Source: Spirochaetia bacterium (GTDB lineage Bacteria > Spirochaetota > Spirochaetia > SP-2023). From it: a stretch of 64,000 nucleotides of DNA. Position 1 is the first letter of the stretch. Each line of letters begins with the position of its first letter. The position numbers were made by a program, and so were the translations under genes. Positions 30,047 through 40,527 of the stretch are shown one piece after another. The notes under the pieces are model-generated. The model had not been told where the DNA came from. It did not search any database and saw only the letters and a list, made by a program, of their open reading frames with translations. Location of the stretch: the NCBI GenBank assembly GCA_965225855.1, contig CBDDCK010000005.1, positions 800,001-864,000 on the forward strand. Reading direction: 5' to 3'.

Positions 30047-32701
30047 ATGTTCCAGGATTTGGATCCAGAAGAAACAGAGGAATGGCTTGATGCTTTTGCC
30101 GCTGTCATCAAAAATGAAGGTGAGGAAAAGGCGGAATTTTTAATTGATATACTGCAGCACCGTTTAGGTGGTATTTCTCACCGGCTTTCTACGCCCTATA
30201 TCAATACGATTGCGCCCGAGCGCAGCGAGCAAATGCCAGAAAATAGGTTGATTGCGCACAATGTAGCAGCCTATGTGCGGTGGAACGCTATGGCTATGGT
30301 TGTGCGGGCCAATAAAAAAATTGACGGTATCGGTGGGCATATTGCCTCCTACACTTCTTCGTCCTTCCTTTATGAAATTGGTTTTGACTATTTTTTTCGT
30401 GGCCCTAATGCCGAAAATGGTGAAGATTTAATTTTTTTTCAGGGGCATAGTTCTCCCGGTATTTATGCTCGCGCTTTTATTGAAGGGCGGCTTTCCGAAA
30501 AGCAATTGGAAAACTTCCGCCAAGAAGTAGGTGGTAATGGTTTATCTTCTTATCCACACCCACGTTTGATGCCAAATTTTTGGCAGTTTCCCACGGTTTC
30601 TATGGGTTTGGGCCCGATTATGGCCATCTATCAAGCTCGCTTTATGAAGTACATGGAGAATCGTGGTTTCTTAAATGTTGGCAAACGGAAAGTTTGGGCC
30701 TTTTTAGGTGATGGCGAAACTGATGAGCCAGAGACGCTGGGTTCTATTGGCATTGCTGCCCGCGAAAAATTGGATAACTTAATTTTTGTATTGAATTGTA
30801 ATTTGCAGCGTTTAGATGGCCCTGTTCGCAGTGCCGGCAAAATTGTTCAAGAAATGGAAGGCTATTTTCGCGGTGCAGGCTGGAATGTAATTAAAGTGCT
30901 TTGGGGTTCTGAATGGGATGAGCTGTTTGCCAAAGATGAGAGTGGCTATTTGATGAAGCATTTGGAAGCTATTGTCGATGGTGATTTCCAACGATTAAAT
31001 GCCAATTACAAAGATGGATCCTACATTCGCGAACATTTGTTTAATACGCCAGAATTGCGTAAATTGATTGAAGGCTGGAGTGATGAGAAAATTGCAACAC
31101 TTTCGCGCGGTGGGCACGACCCACGCAAAGTCTATGCGGCAATGCACGAGGCTGTGAGGCATAAAGGCCAACCCACTATTTTGTTAGTACAGACTATCAA
31201 AGGCTTGGGTATGGGTGAAGCTGGGGAGGCTGCCAATGATACCCACAGTCAAAAGAAAATGAATCGGGAATCCTTGATCGCTTTTCGCGATCGCTTCCAT
31301 GTGCCTTTAAAAGATGATGAGCTGGAAGCGCTGCCATTTATTAAACCGCAACCCGGAAGTCCGGAAGCGGAGTTTCTCAAGCAGACTCGCAGTAATTTAG
31401 GTGGCTCTATTCCCGTGCGGCAATTTAGCCCCAATCCTTTAGATGTACCAGAGCTTAGCGAATTCCAAGCTGTGTTAGCCAGTAGTGGTGAGCGCAAAAT
31501 ATCGACCACTATGGGTTTTGTGCGCATTTTGAGTATTTTGCTGCGAAATAAAGCCATTGCTGATCGTATTGTGCCCATTGTGCCAGACGAAGCTCGTACC
31601 TTTGGTATGGAAGGTTTATTCAAGCAGTTGGGGATTTACAACCCTGAGGGTCAAGTTTATACCCCAGTAGACAAGTTTACTCTCATGTGGTACCGAGAGG
31701 ATATTAAGGGCCAATTGTTGCAGGAAGGCATTAACGAAGCGGGTGGCTTTAGTTCTTGGCTTGCTGCGGGGACTTCTTATGCCAATCACAATATTCCAAT
31801 GATTCCGTTTTTTGCTTATTACTCGATGTTTGGTTTTCAGCGTGTTGGAGACTTGGCTTGGGCAGCCGGCGATTTGCTGGCCAAAGGCTTTTTAATCGGT
31901 GCAACTGCTGGCCGAACGACGCTAAACGGGGAAGGATTACAGCATCAAGATGGTCACCATTTGCTCATTGCTGCGACTTTGCCCAGTTGCCAAGCCTATG
32001 ATCCATCTTTTGTCTATGAAATGGCGGTTATCATTCAAGATGGTTTGAAATGTATGTACAAAGATGGTAAGGAAATTTTTTATTACATTACGGCCATGAA
32101 TGAAAATTTTACCCAGCCAGCTATGCCCAATGGAATAGAAGAAGGTATTCGCAAGGGTATTTATCGTTTCCAAGTTTCCGAGGCTGAAGGGAGCAGGGCA
32201 AAAGTTCATTTGTTGGGTAGCGGTAGTATTTTCCTTGAGGTGCGTGCTGCTGCCAGAATATTGGAGCAAGATTACGATGTGGCTGTGGATATTTGGAGTG
32301 TCCCCGGAATTATTCAGCTTGCGCGTGATGGTGCCGACTGTGAGCGGGAACAGACTTTAGATATGGCTAGCCAGCGTATGCCTTATGTACAAAAAGTTCT
32401 CCATGAAGTTGATGCTAGTGGAGAAGAGCCTGTAATTATCAGTACCGACTATATGAAAGCTTACGCTAATTTGATAGCTCCTTATATCAAAAGGCCTTTT
32501 TATGCTTTGGGTACAGATGGTTATGGTCGTAGTGATTCGCGCGAGGCACTGCGTGATTATTTTGAAGTCAATCGCAAATATATTGTGATTTCGGCATTAC
32601 GTGCTTTGGTAGAGCAGGGTAAGTTGAAGGACAAAGTGTTGCAGGAAGCTCACAAAAAAATGGGTTTGGATAAAGCAAAAAACAATCCGCGGCTGTCCTA
32701 A
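30047..32701 (+). CDS. aceE: Pyruvate dehydrogenase E1, homodimeric type
   Basis: DLDPEETEEW, GGHIASY, GDGETDEPE, EGLQHQDGH. Confidence 0.97.
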   Translation: MFQDLDPEETEEWLDAFAAVIKNEGEEKAEFLIDILQHRLGGISHRLSTPYINTIAPERSEQMPENRLIAHNVAAYVRWNAMAMVVRANKKIDGIGGHIASYTSSSFLYEIGFDYFFRGPNAENGEDLIFFQGHSSPGIYARAFIEGRLSEKQLENFRQEVGGNGLSSYPHPRLMPNFWQFPTVSMGLGPIMAIYQARFMKYMENRGFLNVGKRKVWAFLGDGETDEPETLGSIGIAAREKLDNLIFVLNCNLQRLDGPVRSAGKIVQEMEGYFRGAGWNVIKVLWGSEWDELFAKDESGYLMKHLEAIVDGDFQRLNANYKDGSYIREHLFNTPELRKLIEGWSDEKIATLSRGGHDPRKVYAAMHEAVRHKGQPTILLVQTIKGLGMGEAGEAANDTHSQKKMNRESLIAFRDRFHVPLKDDELEALPFIKPQPGSPEAEFLKQTRSNLGGSIPVRQFSPNPLDVPELSEFQAVLASSGERKISTTMGFVRILSILLRNKAIADRIVPIVPDEARTFGMEGLFKQLGIYNPEGQVYTPVDKFTLMWYREDIKGQLLQEGINEAGGFSSWLAAGTSYANHNIPMIPFFAYYSMFGFQRVGDLAWAAGDLLAKGFLIGATAGRTTLNGEGLQHQDGHHLLIAATLPSCQAYDPSFVYEMAVIIQDGLKCMYKDGKEIFYYITAMNENFTQPAMPNGIEEGIRKGIYRFQVSEAEGSRAKVHLLGSGSIFLEVRAAARILEQDYDVAVDIWSVPGIIQLARDGADCEREQTLDMASQRMPYVQKVLHEVDASGEEPVIISTDYMKAYANLIAPYIKRPFYALGTDGYGRSDSREALRDYFEVNRKYIVISALRALVEQGKLKDKVLQEAHKKMGLDKAKNNPRLS

Positions 32702-32726
32702 CAAAGTAGGAAACATTGGAGAATTT

Positions 32727-34310
32727 ATGGCAAAAATAATTGATATTGTGGTCCCCGAAGGTGTTTCTGACGCAACGGTGGTGGAAATTATACAGCAAGT
32801 TGGTTGCCAGTTGGCCGAAGAGCAATCTCTGGTGGCGGTGGAAACTGATAAGGCAACGGCAGAGGTTCCATCGCCGGCAAAAGGTAGGCTGTTAGAATTG
32901 AGTGTTGCTGTTGGCGATATTGTTTCCAGTAGTGATGTGATTGGCAAATTGGAAATTGCCGGTGAAGCACAAGCAACCAAAGCTTCCGTTGAAATCGATA
33001 CGAAAGTTTTAGCAGGAGAGCTTGTTTTGAGGGATATTGTGGTGCCCGATGGAATTAGCAATGCAGCGGTGGTGGAAATTATGCAGACTGTAGGTGCCGT
33101 TGTTGCAGAAGATCAATCTTTAATCGCAATTGAGACGGATAAAGCAACGGCAGAAGTGCCTGTTCCCGTAGCAGGTGCCATCGCCGAATTGGCAGTTAAA
33201 ATAGGCGATATTGTTTCCAGTGGAGATATAATTGGCAAATTGCAAAGTGCGGATACGGTTCAAACTGTAGCGCCGGCTAGTCCTCTGCCCCCTGCGGATA
33301 TACCTATAGGCAAAACTTTAGATGCTCGGTTAGAGACAATTTCTAGCCCTGTTGCGGCAGTTCCAGCGAATGTGCAAAAAATGGGTGCTAGCGTCCATGC
33401 CTCACCTTCTGTGCGGCAGTTTGCTCGTGAATTGGGTGTGGATTTGACTCGTATAAAAGAACCCAGTGGCCCGAAAAAGCGCATCACTTTTGGTGATGTC
33501 AAGGGTTTGGTTAAAGGTGTGATGAGCAGTTCGATTGTTGGCCATACTTCCCATAGCGGGGCTGCTGGTATACCTGTGATCGAACTGCCGGATTTTAGCA
33601 AATTTGGCCCAATCGAAGAGCAAGAGCTGAGCAAGGTCAAACAAATTACGGGAGAACATTTAAGCAAAGGTTGGCTCAATATACCTTTGGTAACCCATTT
33701 TGAAGAAACCGATATTACTGGGCTGGAGGATTTTCGCAAGGAATTGAACAACCGTGTGGAAGTTAGCAAGGGTGAATTGCCTAAGGCAACGGCTCTGGCT
33801 TTTATTGTTCGGGCGGTGGTCAAAGTATTGCAGCAGTATCCTCAGGTCAACTCATCGCTCAGCAGCGACAAAAAATCTTTAATTTTGAAGAAGTACTACC
33901 ATATCGGTATTGCGGTTGATACCCCACGTGGGTTGTTGGTTCCCGTAATAAAAAATGCCGATCGGCTATCGCTAGATGAAATTTCTAGTTATATCAAAGA
34001 TTTAGGTACTAAAGGTCGTTCGGGCAAGTTAGACCCCAAAGATATGAAAGGAGGCAGTTTCACTATTTCCAGTTTGGGTGGCCTGGGGGGGACAAACTTC
34101 ACCCCGTTGGTGAATCCGCCAGAAGCGGCTATATTAGGGGTTGCCAAATCGGCATGGAAACCAGTTTGGAATGGCAAAGAATTTGTAGCGCGTTTGATGT
34201 TGCCGTTTTCTGTGTCATACGATCACCGAATCCTCGATGGTGGCGAGATAGTCCGATTTGCTACGGCATTGGCCAATTACCTGCGGGATTTGCGCTATAT
34301 TTTGGTGTAA
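32727..34310 (+). CDS. aceF: Dihydrolipoamide acetyltransferase E2 (two lipoyl domains)
   Basis: ETDKA x2, HASPSVRQFARELG, YDHRILDG. Confidence 0.96.
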   Translation: MAKIIDIVVPEGVSDATVVEIIQQVGCQLAEEQSLVAVETDKATAEVPSPAKGRLLELSVAVGDIVSSSDVIGKLEIAGEAQATKASVEIDTKVLAGELVLRDIVVPDGISNAAVVEIMQTVGAVVAEDQSLIAIETDKATAEVPVPVAGAIAELAVKIGDIVSSGDIIGKLQSADTVQTVAPASPLPPADIPIGKTLDARLETISSPVAAVPANVQKMGASVHASPSVRQFARELGVDLTRIKEPSGPKKRITFGDVKGLVKGVMSSSIVGHTSHSGAAGIPVIELPDFSKFGPIEEQELSKVKQITGEHLSKGWLNIPLVTHFEETDITGLEDFRKELNNRVEVSKGELPKATALAFIVRAVVKVLQQYPQVNSSLSSDKKSLILKKYYHIGIAVDTPRGLLVPVIKNADRLSLDEISSYIKDLGTKGRSGKLDPKDMKGGSFTISSLGGLGGTNFTPLVNPPEAAILGVAKSAWKPVWNGKEFVARLMLPFSVSYDHRILDGGEIVRFATALANYLRDLRYILV

Positions 34311-34349
34311 AGATTTTCAAAATAAAGATTTGGGAAAAGGAAATGATGA

Positions 34350-35768
34350 ATGGAAAAATATGACGTAGTGGTAGTTGGCGGTGGTCCAGGCGGTTACAAT
34401 GCGGCCTTTCGTGCAGCGGATTTGGGTAAAAAAGTTGTGATAATAGAGCGCTATAATGTGTTGGGTGGAGTTTGTTTGAATGTTGGTTGTATACCATCAA
34501 AATCTCTTTTGCATATTACAGAGAGTATTCGCGCTGTAGAAGAATTGAAAGAATTGGGTTTGGAAGCCGAAATTAGAAATCTGGATAATTCTTTGGATAA
34601 AATACGCAGCTATCGCGATTCGGTTATCAGCCGTTTGACGAGTGGTTTATTGATGTTGGCCAAACAGCGCAAAGTTACGCATATTGAAGGTTTTGCGACT
34701 TTTAAAGATGAGCATACATTTTCCGTCCAAAAAAATTCTGGCACTGAAAAATTGGAGATTGGCTTTGACCAATGTATTTTAGCCATTGGTTCGCGGCCCG
34801 TGAAAATACCCTCCTTTCCCAATGATGATCCTCGATTGATCGATTCGACTGGGGCCTTAGAGATGAAAGATTTGCCGAAAAAGCTTTTGGTTGTGGGAGG
34901 GGGGATTATCGGCTTGGAAATGGCCGAAGTCTACCATGCTCTGGGAACAGAAATTACCATTGTTGAGCTACTCGACCATATTGTGCCGCCGGCCGATAAA
35001 GATTTGGTGGAACCTTTAATGAAACGCTTTCAGACTTTTTCTACCATTTATCTGAAGACAAAAGTTACTTCTATCGATGCAAAAGCAGAAGGTTTGGAAG
35101 TTTCATTTGAAGGTGAGGCTTGTAACGATACTTTGTTGTTTGACAAAGTTTTAGTTGCGGTGGGGCGCCGACCCAATGGCGATATAATTGGGGCTGAAAT
35201 GGCCGGAGTGAAAGTTGATGAGCGCGGTTTTATTGCCGTTGATGCGCAGCAGCGCACGAATGTGGCCCATATTTTTGCAATAGGAGACGTAGTGGGCCAG
35301 CCGATGTTGGCACATAAAGCCTCACATGAGGCCCATGTTGCTGCTGAAACGATTGCCGGATTTAAAACTGCCTTTACGCCAATGGCCATACCTTCAGTAG
35401 CATATACTACTCCTGAAATTGCTTGGGCAGGTATAACTGAAAAAGAGGTCAGAGAAAAAGGTATCAAATATACCAAAGGCATTTTCCCTTGGGCAGCAAG
35501 TGGGCGTGCTATCAGTATGCAAGCAAGTAGTGGTAAAGTGAAATTACTGTTTGATGAAGAAAGCCACCGTATTATTGGTGGCGGGATTGTTGGCCTACAT
35601 GCGGGGGATTTAATTTCGGAAATTATGCTGGCTATTGAGCTTGGTGCTGATATGGTGGACTTGGGTAAAACTATCCATCCGCACCCGACTTTGGGGGAAA
35701 CCTTAGGTTTTGCCGCAGAAGTTGCACACGGCAGTATTACAGAAATTTATCTTCCCAAAAACAAATAA
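34350..35768 (+). CDS. lpdA: Dihydrolipoamide dehydrogenase E3
   Basis: GGGPGG, GGVCLNVGCIPSK, HPHPTLGE. Confidence 0.97.
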   Translation: MEKYDVVVVGGGPGGYNAAFRAADLGKKVVIIERYNVLGGVCLNVGCIPSKSLLHITESIRAVEELKELGLEAEIRNLDNSLDKIRSYRDSVISRLTSGLLMLAKQRKVTHIEGFATFKDEHTFSVQKNSGTEKLEIGFDQCILAIGSRPVKIPSFPNDDPRLIDSTGALEMKDLPKKLLVVGGGIIGLEMAEVYHALGTEITIVELLDHIVPPADKDLVEPLMKRFQTFSTIYLKTKVTSIDAKAEGLEVSFEGEACNDTLLFDKVLVAVGRRPNGDIIGAEMAGVKVDERGFIAVDAQQRTNVAHIFAIGDVVGQPMLAHKASHEAHVAAETIAGFKTAFTPMAIPSVAYTTPEIAWAGITEKEVREKGIKYTKGIFPWAASGRAISMQASSGKVKLLFDEESHRIIGGGIVGLHAGDLISEIMLAIELGADMVDLGKTIHPHPTLGETLGFAAEVAHGSITEIYLPKNK

Positions 35769-35771
35769 GTT

Positions 35772-36437
35772 GTGACAGCCAAAATTGGTATTGTTTACCT
35801 CTTAAAAATGGTGCGGTTGTGTTTGGAACAAGGGACTTTTTTGGCTGGAATTATTGCTGGCAGAATGACTCACAATAATAAAATAGGCATGCTCAGTGAT
35901 ATGGGCGAACAAGATGCGGAAATTTTGATGTATGCTTTTTATGCTTTTATTCAAGGAATTCGGCAGGTAAACCAAGATAGCCAGATTTTCATCACGCACA
36001 CAAATTCAATTGAAAGTGTGTTGGAAAATGAAACCCAAAAAATGGTTGCAACTGATGGGGTTGATATTATATTTGCCATGTCGCAGAACTATAATGATAT
36101 CATCATTTGCTCGGCCTATTATTTTGGTAAAGACGTATTTTTAATCAATAGCTGGTATGATTCAGCTTATTCCAAGCATGTGATCACTTCGCTAAAAATT
36201 TATTTTGGGCCCATAATAAAATCTTTTATTGAAGAGATCAATAATCCGGATAAATTAAATCCTTTACTTAAAATACTGTTTTATGATTTGTCCAATCCGG
36301 ATGTAATGTCTTTCTCTTGGGATGAATATAAAAATGAAACTATGCGTTTTAAAGCCCAACATTCTGGTAAATATGGCGAATTGAGCCGTAGAACGCGTAA
36401 GGAGTTGTGCGTATGGGCACAGCGCATTCGCAAGTAG
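35772..36437 (+). pseudogene. N-terminally truncated BMP-family (PnrA-like) ABC substrate-binding protein
   Basis: EQGTFLAGIIAGRMTHNNKIGM...AFIQGIRQVN matches the middle of BMP proteins. No signal peptide or N-terminal half. Confidence 0.55.
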
Positions 36438-36543
36438 AATTTACTGTAACTGTATTTAATGTCATGGAAAATAATACGGCTTTTGATACGCCTAAAAATT
36501 TTCATTATCGAGATTCTTCTAAGTATTTACAGGGTGATGATGA

Positions 36544-37902
36544 ATGAAACAAGTTCCTTTGGCCTTATTGCAGCAGATTTTTACGTTAGCCGTTTTCATA
36601 CAAGACAGGGAACAAAAAATAGCTACATTGCAGTGTGATGAATTACGAGCTCTCATTGAAAGTGCCGGCTGGCGTATTTGTGCTGAACTACAATTTCCTT
36701 TAAGAAAAATTCATGTTGGTCATTTATTGGGAGCTGGGCAAATTCAGCGTATTGCCCAGCAGATTCAGCTAGCAGAGCAAGAAATTAAAGAGCGCGATGA
36801 TTTGGCAGAAGCGGTTGACTTTGTGGTTATCGATTATGAATTGAGCCCAACTCAACTGTTTAACTTGGAAAAAACTTTGCAAAAACCAGTGATTGATCGT
36901 AAGTCTTTAATTTTAACTTTATTTGAACAGAGGGCCCAAACGCGCGAGGCGCGTCTTCAAGTACATTTGGCGCGCTTGTATTACGAAAAGCCTAGGTTAA
37001 AAAGAGCTTGGACGCATTTATCGCGCCAGCGGGGTGGGCGTTACGGTACTAGGGGCGAAGGTGAAACCCAGATAGAAATCGATGGCCGCTTGATCGATAC
37101 TCAAATCCGCAAGCTGGAAAATCAAATAATCCAAGTACAAAAGCAACGCATGCAGCAACGAAAAAAAGGTGCTGAACTTGCTCACATTGCGCTTGTGGGT
37201 TATACCAATGCTGGCAAGTCCGCCCTGATGCATGCAATGAGCCAAAAAGAGATTTATGTTGCAGACCGTTTGTTTGCAACGTTGGACCCGAAAAGTAGTC
37301 AGTTGATTTTGCCAAATGGCGAGCAAGTGATTGTTACCGATACAGTGGGTTTTGTGCGCAATCTACCACACGAATTGATCGATGCCTTTCGGGCTACCTT
37401 GGAAGAAACGGTACTGGCTGATTTGCAATTGTTAGTGTTAGATGCCAGTGATATGCAATGGCAAGAAAAATTGCATACGGTACACCAAGTTTTGCAAGAT
37501 TTGAAAGTCGATGATAAAGACCAAATTTTGCTGTTGAATAAAATTGATTTGCTAAATGAGGAACAAATTAGGGAAATGCAAATGCTATTCCCCCAAGCTT
37601 TATTAATTTCAGCACAGGAAAGAATTGGTTTAGAGCTTTTATCTACCGAGCTTAGCAAGCATTTGGCTCGGCGCGATTTGGCAAGCGGTTTGGACCAAAA
37701 GAAAAAATATTCTTTGGAAGTCCCCCATCAAGCCCAGGAAGCGGGTGCTTTGCGGGCCTGGTTGTTCCAGCACAAACTAATTTTTGAGCAACACAGTGAA
37801 ACCGAATATAGCCAGTTTTTTCACTTACAGCTTTCTGGAGCCAATTTGCAGTATTTGCGCCAAAGGTTCCCCCAATTTTTAAGTAGCCTAAACCCTTTGT
37901 AA
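36544..37902 (+). CDS. hflX: GTPase HflX
   Basis: RGEGETQIEID, VGYTNAGKS, LFATLD, DTVGF, NKID. Confidence 0.95.
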   Translation: MKQVPLALLQQIFTLAVFIQDREQKIATLQCDELRALIESAGWRICAELQFPLRKIHVGHLLGAGQIQRIAQQIQLAEQEIKERDDLAEAVDFVVIDYELSPTQLFNLEKTLQKPVIDRKSLILTLFEQRAQTREARLQVHLARLYYEKPRLKRAWTHLSRQRGGRYGTRGEGETQIEIDGRLIDTQIRKLENQIIQVQKQRMQQRKKGAELAHIALVGYTNAGKSALMHAMSQKEIYVADRLFATLDPKSSQLILPNGEQVIVTDTVGFVRNLPHELIDAFRATLEETVLADLQLLVLDASDMQWQEKLHTVHQVLQDLKVDDKDQILLLNKIDLLNEEQIREMQMLFPQALLISAQERIGLELLSTELSKHLARRDLASGLDQKKKYSLEVPHQAQEAGALRAWLFQHKLIFEQHSETEYSQFFHLQLSGANLQYLRQRFPQFLSSLNPL

Positions 37903-38068
37903 ATATTTTTTCAATATTTTAAAGTAAAGATTGGCAAAGATGGCTTGAGGGTTTGACCCAGATTTGTTAAAAATCTTGCGCCAAAATCCTCTCTCATCTT
38001 GGTTAGATCCAAACAAGTATAGAAAAGATATTTAAAATAATTTTTTCAAATGATTTAAGGCTTATAGA

Positions 38069-38938
38069 GTGGGCTTGCAAAAAATTGATTTATTATTCCA
38101 AAACTTGGGCATAACGGGCCGGTATTCGATTTGGCCATTTCCCGTTTTTGAGTTTCAAGCAGGTTTGGAAATAGGCTTGCAAGCTTTTAGCATTGCGACT
38201 GATCCTGCTGATGTTGTGGGACAATCGTTGGCAAGTCATGGGATTCAATTAAACCTATTACAACAAGTGCATGGCTGTAACTATTCAGAGCTAACTACTA
38301 CTAGAGTGGAGGCAGTTGCAGATGCTTGGTTATGGTCTGGAAAACAAGTACCGGCAGACGCGCAAAAAGCTTACGGTATCTATACCGCAGACTGTATACC
38401 CGTATTAATGTATGTAGAGTATTTGCAATGGCATGGCGGGGCCTTACTACATCTGGGGCGCAAGGGGATTGAATTGGGTTTGCTGGAAAAATGTTTTGGA
38501 GCTTTGATAGAGCGGTTGTTTCAGCAATTGCCATTAGATTTACAATGGCAACAATTGCGTGGAAAACAATTGTTAAACTTGTTTGGGGAATTACGGGGAA
38601 AATTATTTTTGGGGCCAGGCATTGGGGCTTGTTGCTATGAAGTCCCTACCTCAATGGCCCAAGAATTTTGCGTGCAAGCCCGAGTTAGCCAGGCAAGTAG
38701 GCCCTCTTTTAATGCAGGCCACCAGATGTTAGATTGTAAAATGGCGATTTGCGAACAGGCTCGCAATCTCAAGTTTTGCAATTTCAACCTTCAATGGCAA
38801 ATTTATGTGGAAGAACTTTGCACCAGTTGCCAAGCCAAAAAATACATTCAGCAGCAGGGGGCAGAAACTCTTTGCTATTCTTACCGCCAAGGCCACAGAA
38901 CAGAACGGATTTACACGATGGTTTGGTTTTGCCCGTGA
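38069..38938 (+). CDS. pgeF: YfiH/PgeF purine nucleoside phosphorylase/laccase-domain protein
   Basis: QVHG, TADCIPV, GPGIGACCYEV, CTSC, SYR. Confidence 0.85.
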   Translation: MGLQKIDLLFQNLGITGRYSIWPFPVFEFQAGLEIGLQAFSIATDPADVVGQSLASHGIQLNLLQQVHGCNYSELTTTRVEAVADAWLWSGKQVPADAQKAYGIYTADCIPVLMYVEYLQWHGGALLHLGRKGIELGLLEKCFGALIERLFQQLPLDLQWQQLRGKQLLNLFGELRGKLFLGPGIGACCYEVPTSMAQEFCVQARVSQASRPSFNAGHQMLDCKMAICEQARNLKFCNFNLQWQIYVEELCTSCQAKKYIQQQGAETLCYSYRQGHRTERIYTMVWFCP

Positions 38939-39858
38939 ATACAACGTATGCAAAATTGCTGAGCGATATAACTAACGAAAATAAAAAATTTTGCAAAAAG
39001 GATTTGCTGTTATTGCTGGCTTTTTTGGCCAACCTTTTGGAACAACCAAAATACCTGTCCACAAACCCTACCTTTACAGTTCGGCTGGACTGTTATAGCC
39101 GAATTAATAATAAAGCTGCCAAAATTTTGGGCAAAATGCAAGATAGCGTTCCCATAGAGCTGGAGCATAGTTTTCAACAAGCTGTAACTGATTTAGAAGG
39201 AGGAATGCCTCTTGCTTACATTTTGGGGCTAGAAGATTTTGCCGGGCGGAGTTTTATGGTGGGGCCCGGCGTGTTAGTTCCCCGTGAAGATAGCGAAATT
39301 TTGCTACAGCAAGCGTTAGCTTTTTGCCGGAAATTGAAATATCCGAAAGTATTAGAGCTTTGTTGTGGAACGGCTTGTATTAGCATTAGTTTGTGGTTGG
39401 AAACAATGGCAGCAGAAGTTTGGGCTAGCGATATTTCAACGGAAGCTTTGGCCTACGCTGAACAAAATAGGGCGTATTACCAACCTATTGAGCATCGAGA
39501 AATGGAATTTCATCTGCGCCAAAGCGATTTACTTGCAAATGTGGAGCTGCAGCAAAAGTATTCATTGATTTTGGCCAACCCGCCATATTTGAGCAATAGC
39601 GAATTTGATAAGCGCAATTCTTGGCTAGAGCCAATGTTAGCTTTGCGTGCGGGGGCAGATGGTTTTGCCTTATTGGGCCGTATTGTTGCCGAGACTTACC
39701 ATTATTTAAAACCTGGGGGCACTTTGTTACTAGAAGCGGCTCCGTGGCAAATGCATGAATTGAGCCGTTTGCTGTATGCTAATGGTTATGGGTATACAGC
39801 CACGCATTGTGATAATGCGGGGTTCGAACGCGCTATTAGCGCATGTCGGCCAGATTGA
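38935..39858 (+). CDS. prmC: Release factor glutamine methyltransferase
   Basis: PLAYILG, VLVPREDSE, LELCCGTACI, NPPY. GTG overlaps the upstream stop. Confidence 0.9.
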   Translation: MNTTYAKLLSDITNENKKFCKKDLLLLLAFLANLLEQPKYLSTNPTFTVRLDCYSRINNKAAKILGKMQDSVPIELEHSFQQAVTDLEGGMPLAYILGLEDFAGRSFMVGPGVLVPREDSEILLQQALAFCRKLKYPKVLELCCGTACISISLWLETMAAEVWASDISTEALAYAEQNRAYYQPIEHREMEFHLRQSDLLANVELQQKYSLILANPPYLSNSEFDKRNSWLEPMLALRAGADGFALLGRIVAETYHYLKPGGTLLLEAAPWQMHELSRLLYANGYGYTATHCDNAGFERAISACRPD

Positions 39859-39861
39859 AAA

Positions 39862-40515
39862 TTATTTGTGAGGGTAGTTTAATAATACGATTGTTGCACC
39901 CCGCCCACCGTTGCGTTCTGAAGGGTGGGAAAACTCCCAGACGCAACCTATATCTTTTGCTTCTTGCAACAAGTTGTAGACTAATCTTTGCAGTACCCCC
40001 TTATTACTAGCAGAATGATGGCCTTTACCGTGTATGATGCGCACTTTGCGTAGCCCTTTTATGTGCGCATTATGTAAAAAATTCTGCAAGCATTCGCGTG
40101 CATGTACTTGTGATAGCCCATGTAGATCAATTTCATCATCAATATTGCATCTTTTTAATTCTTGCTGAAATTGATTCTTCAGTTGCATATTCTCTTTGCT
40201 TTTGTACGATTGTCTGTAGCCTATATTTTTTTGTTTCAAGTCTTTGGCCTTAGGCAAGTATTGCTCCCATTGAGAATAAAAATCCATTACTTGTTCTGGT
40301 ATTTTACCGGTATCAGAGCATGGCTGGCTTTTTCTGCCTCTTTTGGGTGAGGCCTGTTCTCTATTAGACGATACAGAAGATAGCAGTTCTACCATATCCA
40401 TAAGAGTTTTATCAAACACAACGCTACATTGTTTTGCATTATGGCTGTGGCTGGAAACCTGTGTTTTTGCTTTTTTGTTCGCACTTTTACTTTTGGAAAG
40501 TTTTTTCTGGGACAT
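39862..40515 (-). CDS. Smr/MutS2 C-terminal domain protein
   Basis: IDLHGL, IIHGKGHHS, GGRGATIV. Confidence 0.9.
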   Translation of the reverse strand: MSQKKLSKSKSANKKAKTQVSSHSHNAKQCSVVFDKTLMDMVELLSSVSSNREQASPKRGRKSQPCSDTGKIPEQVMDFYSQWEQYLPKAKDLKQKNIGYRQSYKSKENMQLKNQFQQELKRCNIDDEIDLHGLSQVHARECLQNFLHNAHIKGLRKVRIIHGKGHHSASNKGVLQRLVYNLLQEAKDIGCVWEFSHPSERNGGRGATIVLLNYPHK

Positions 40516-40527
40516 AACACTAAAAAA

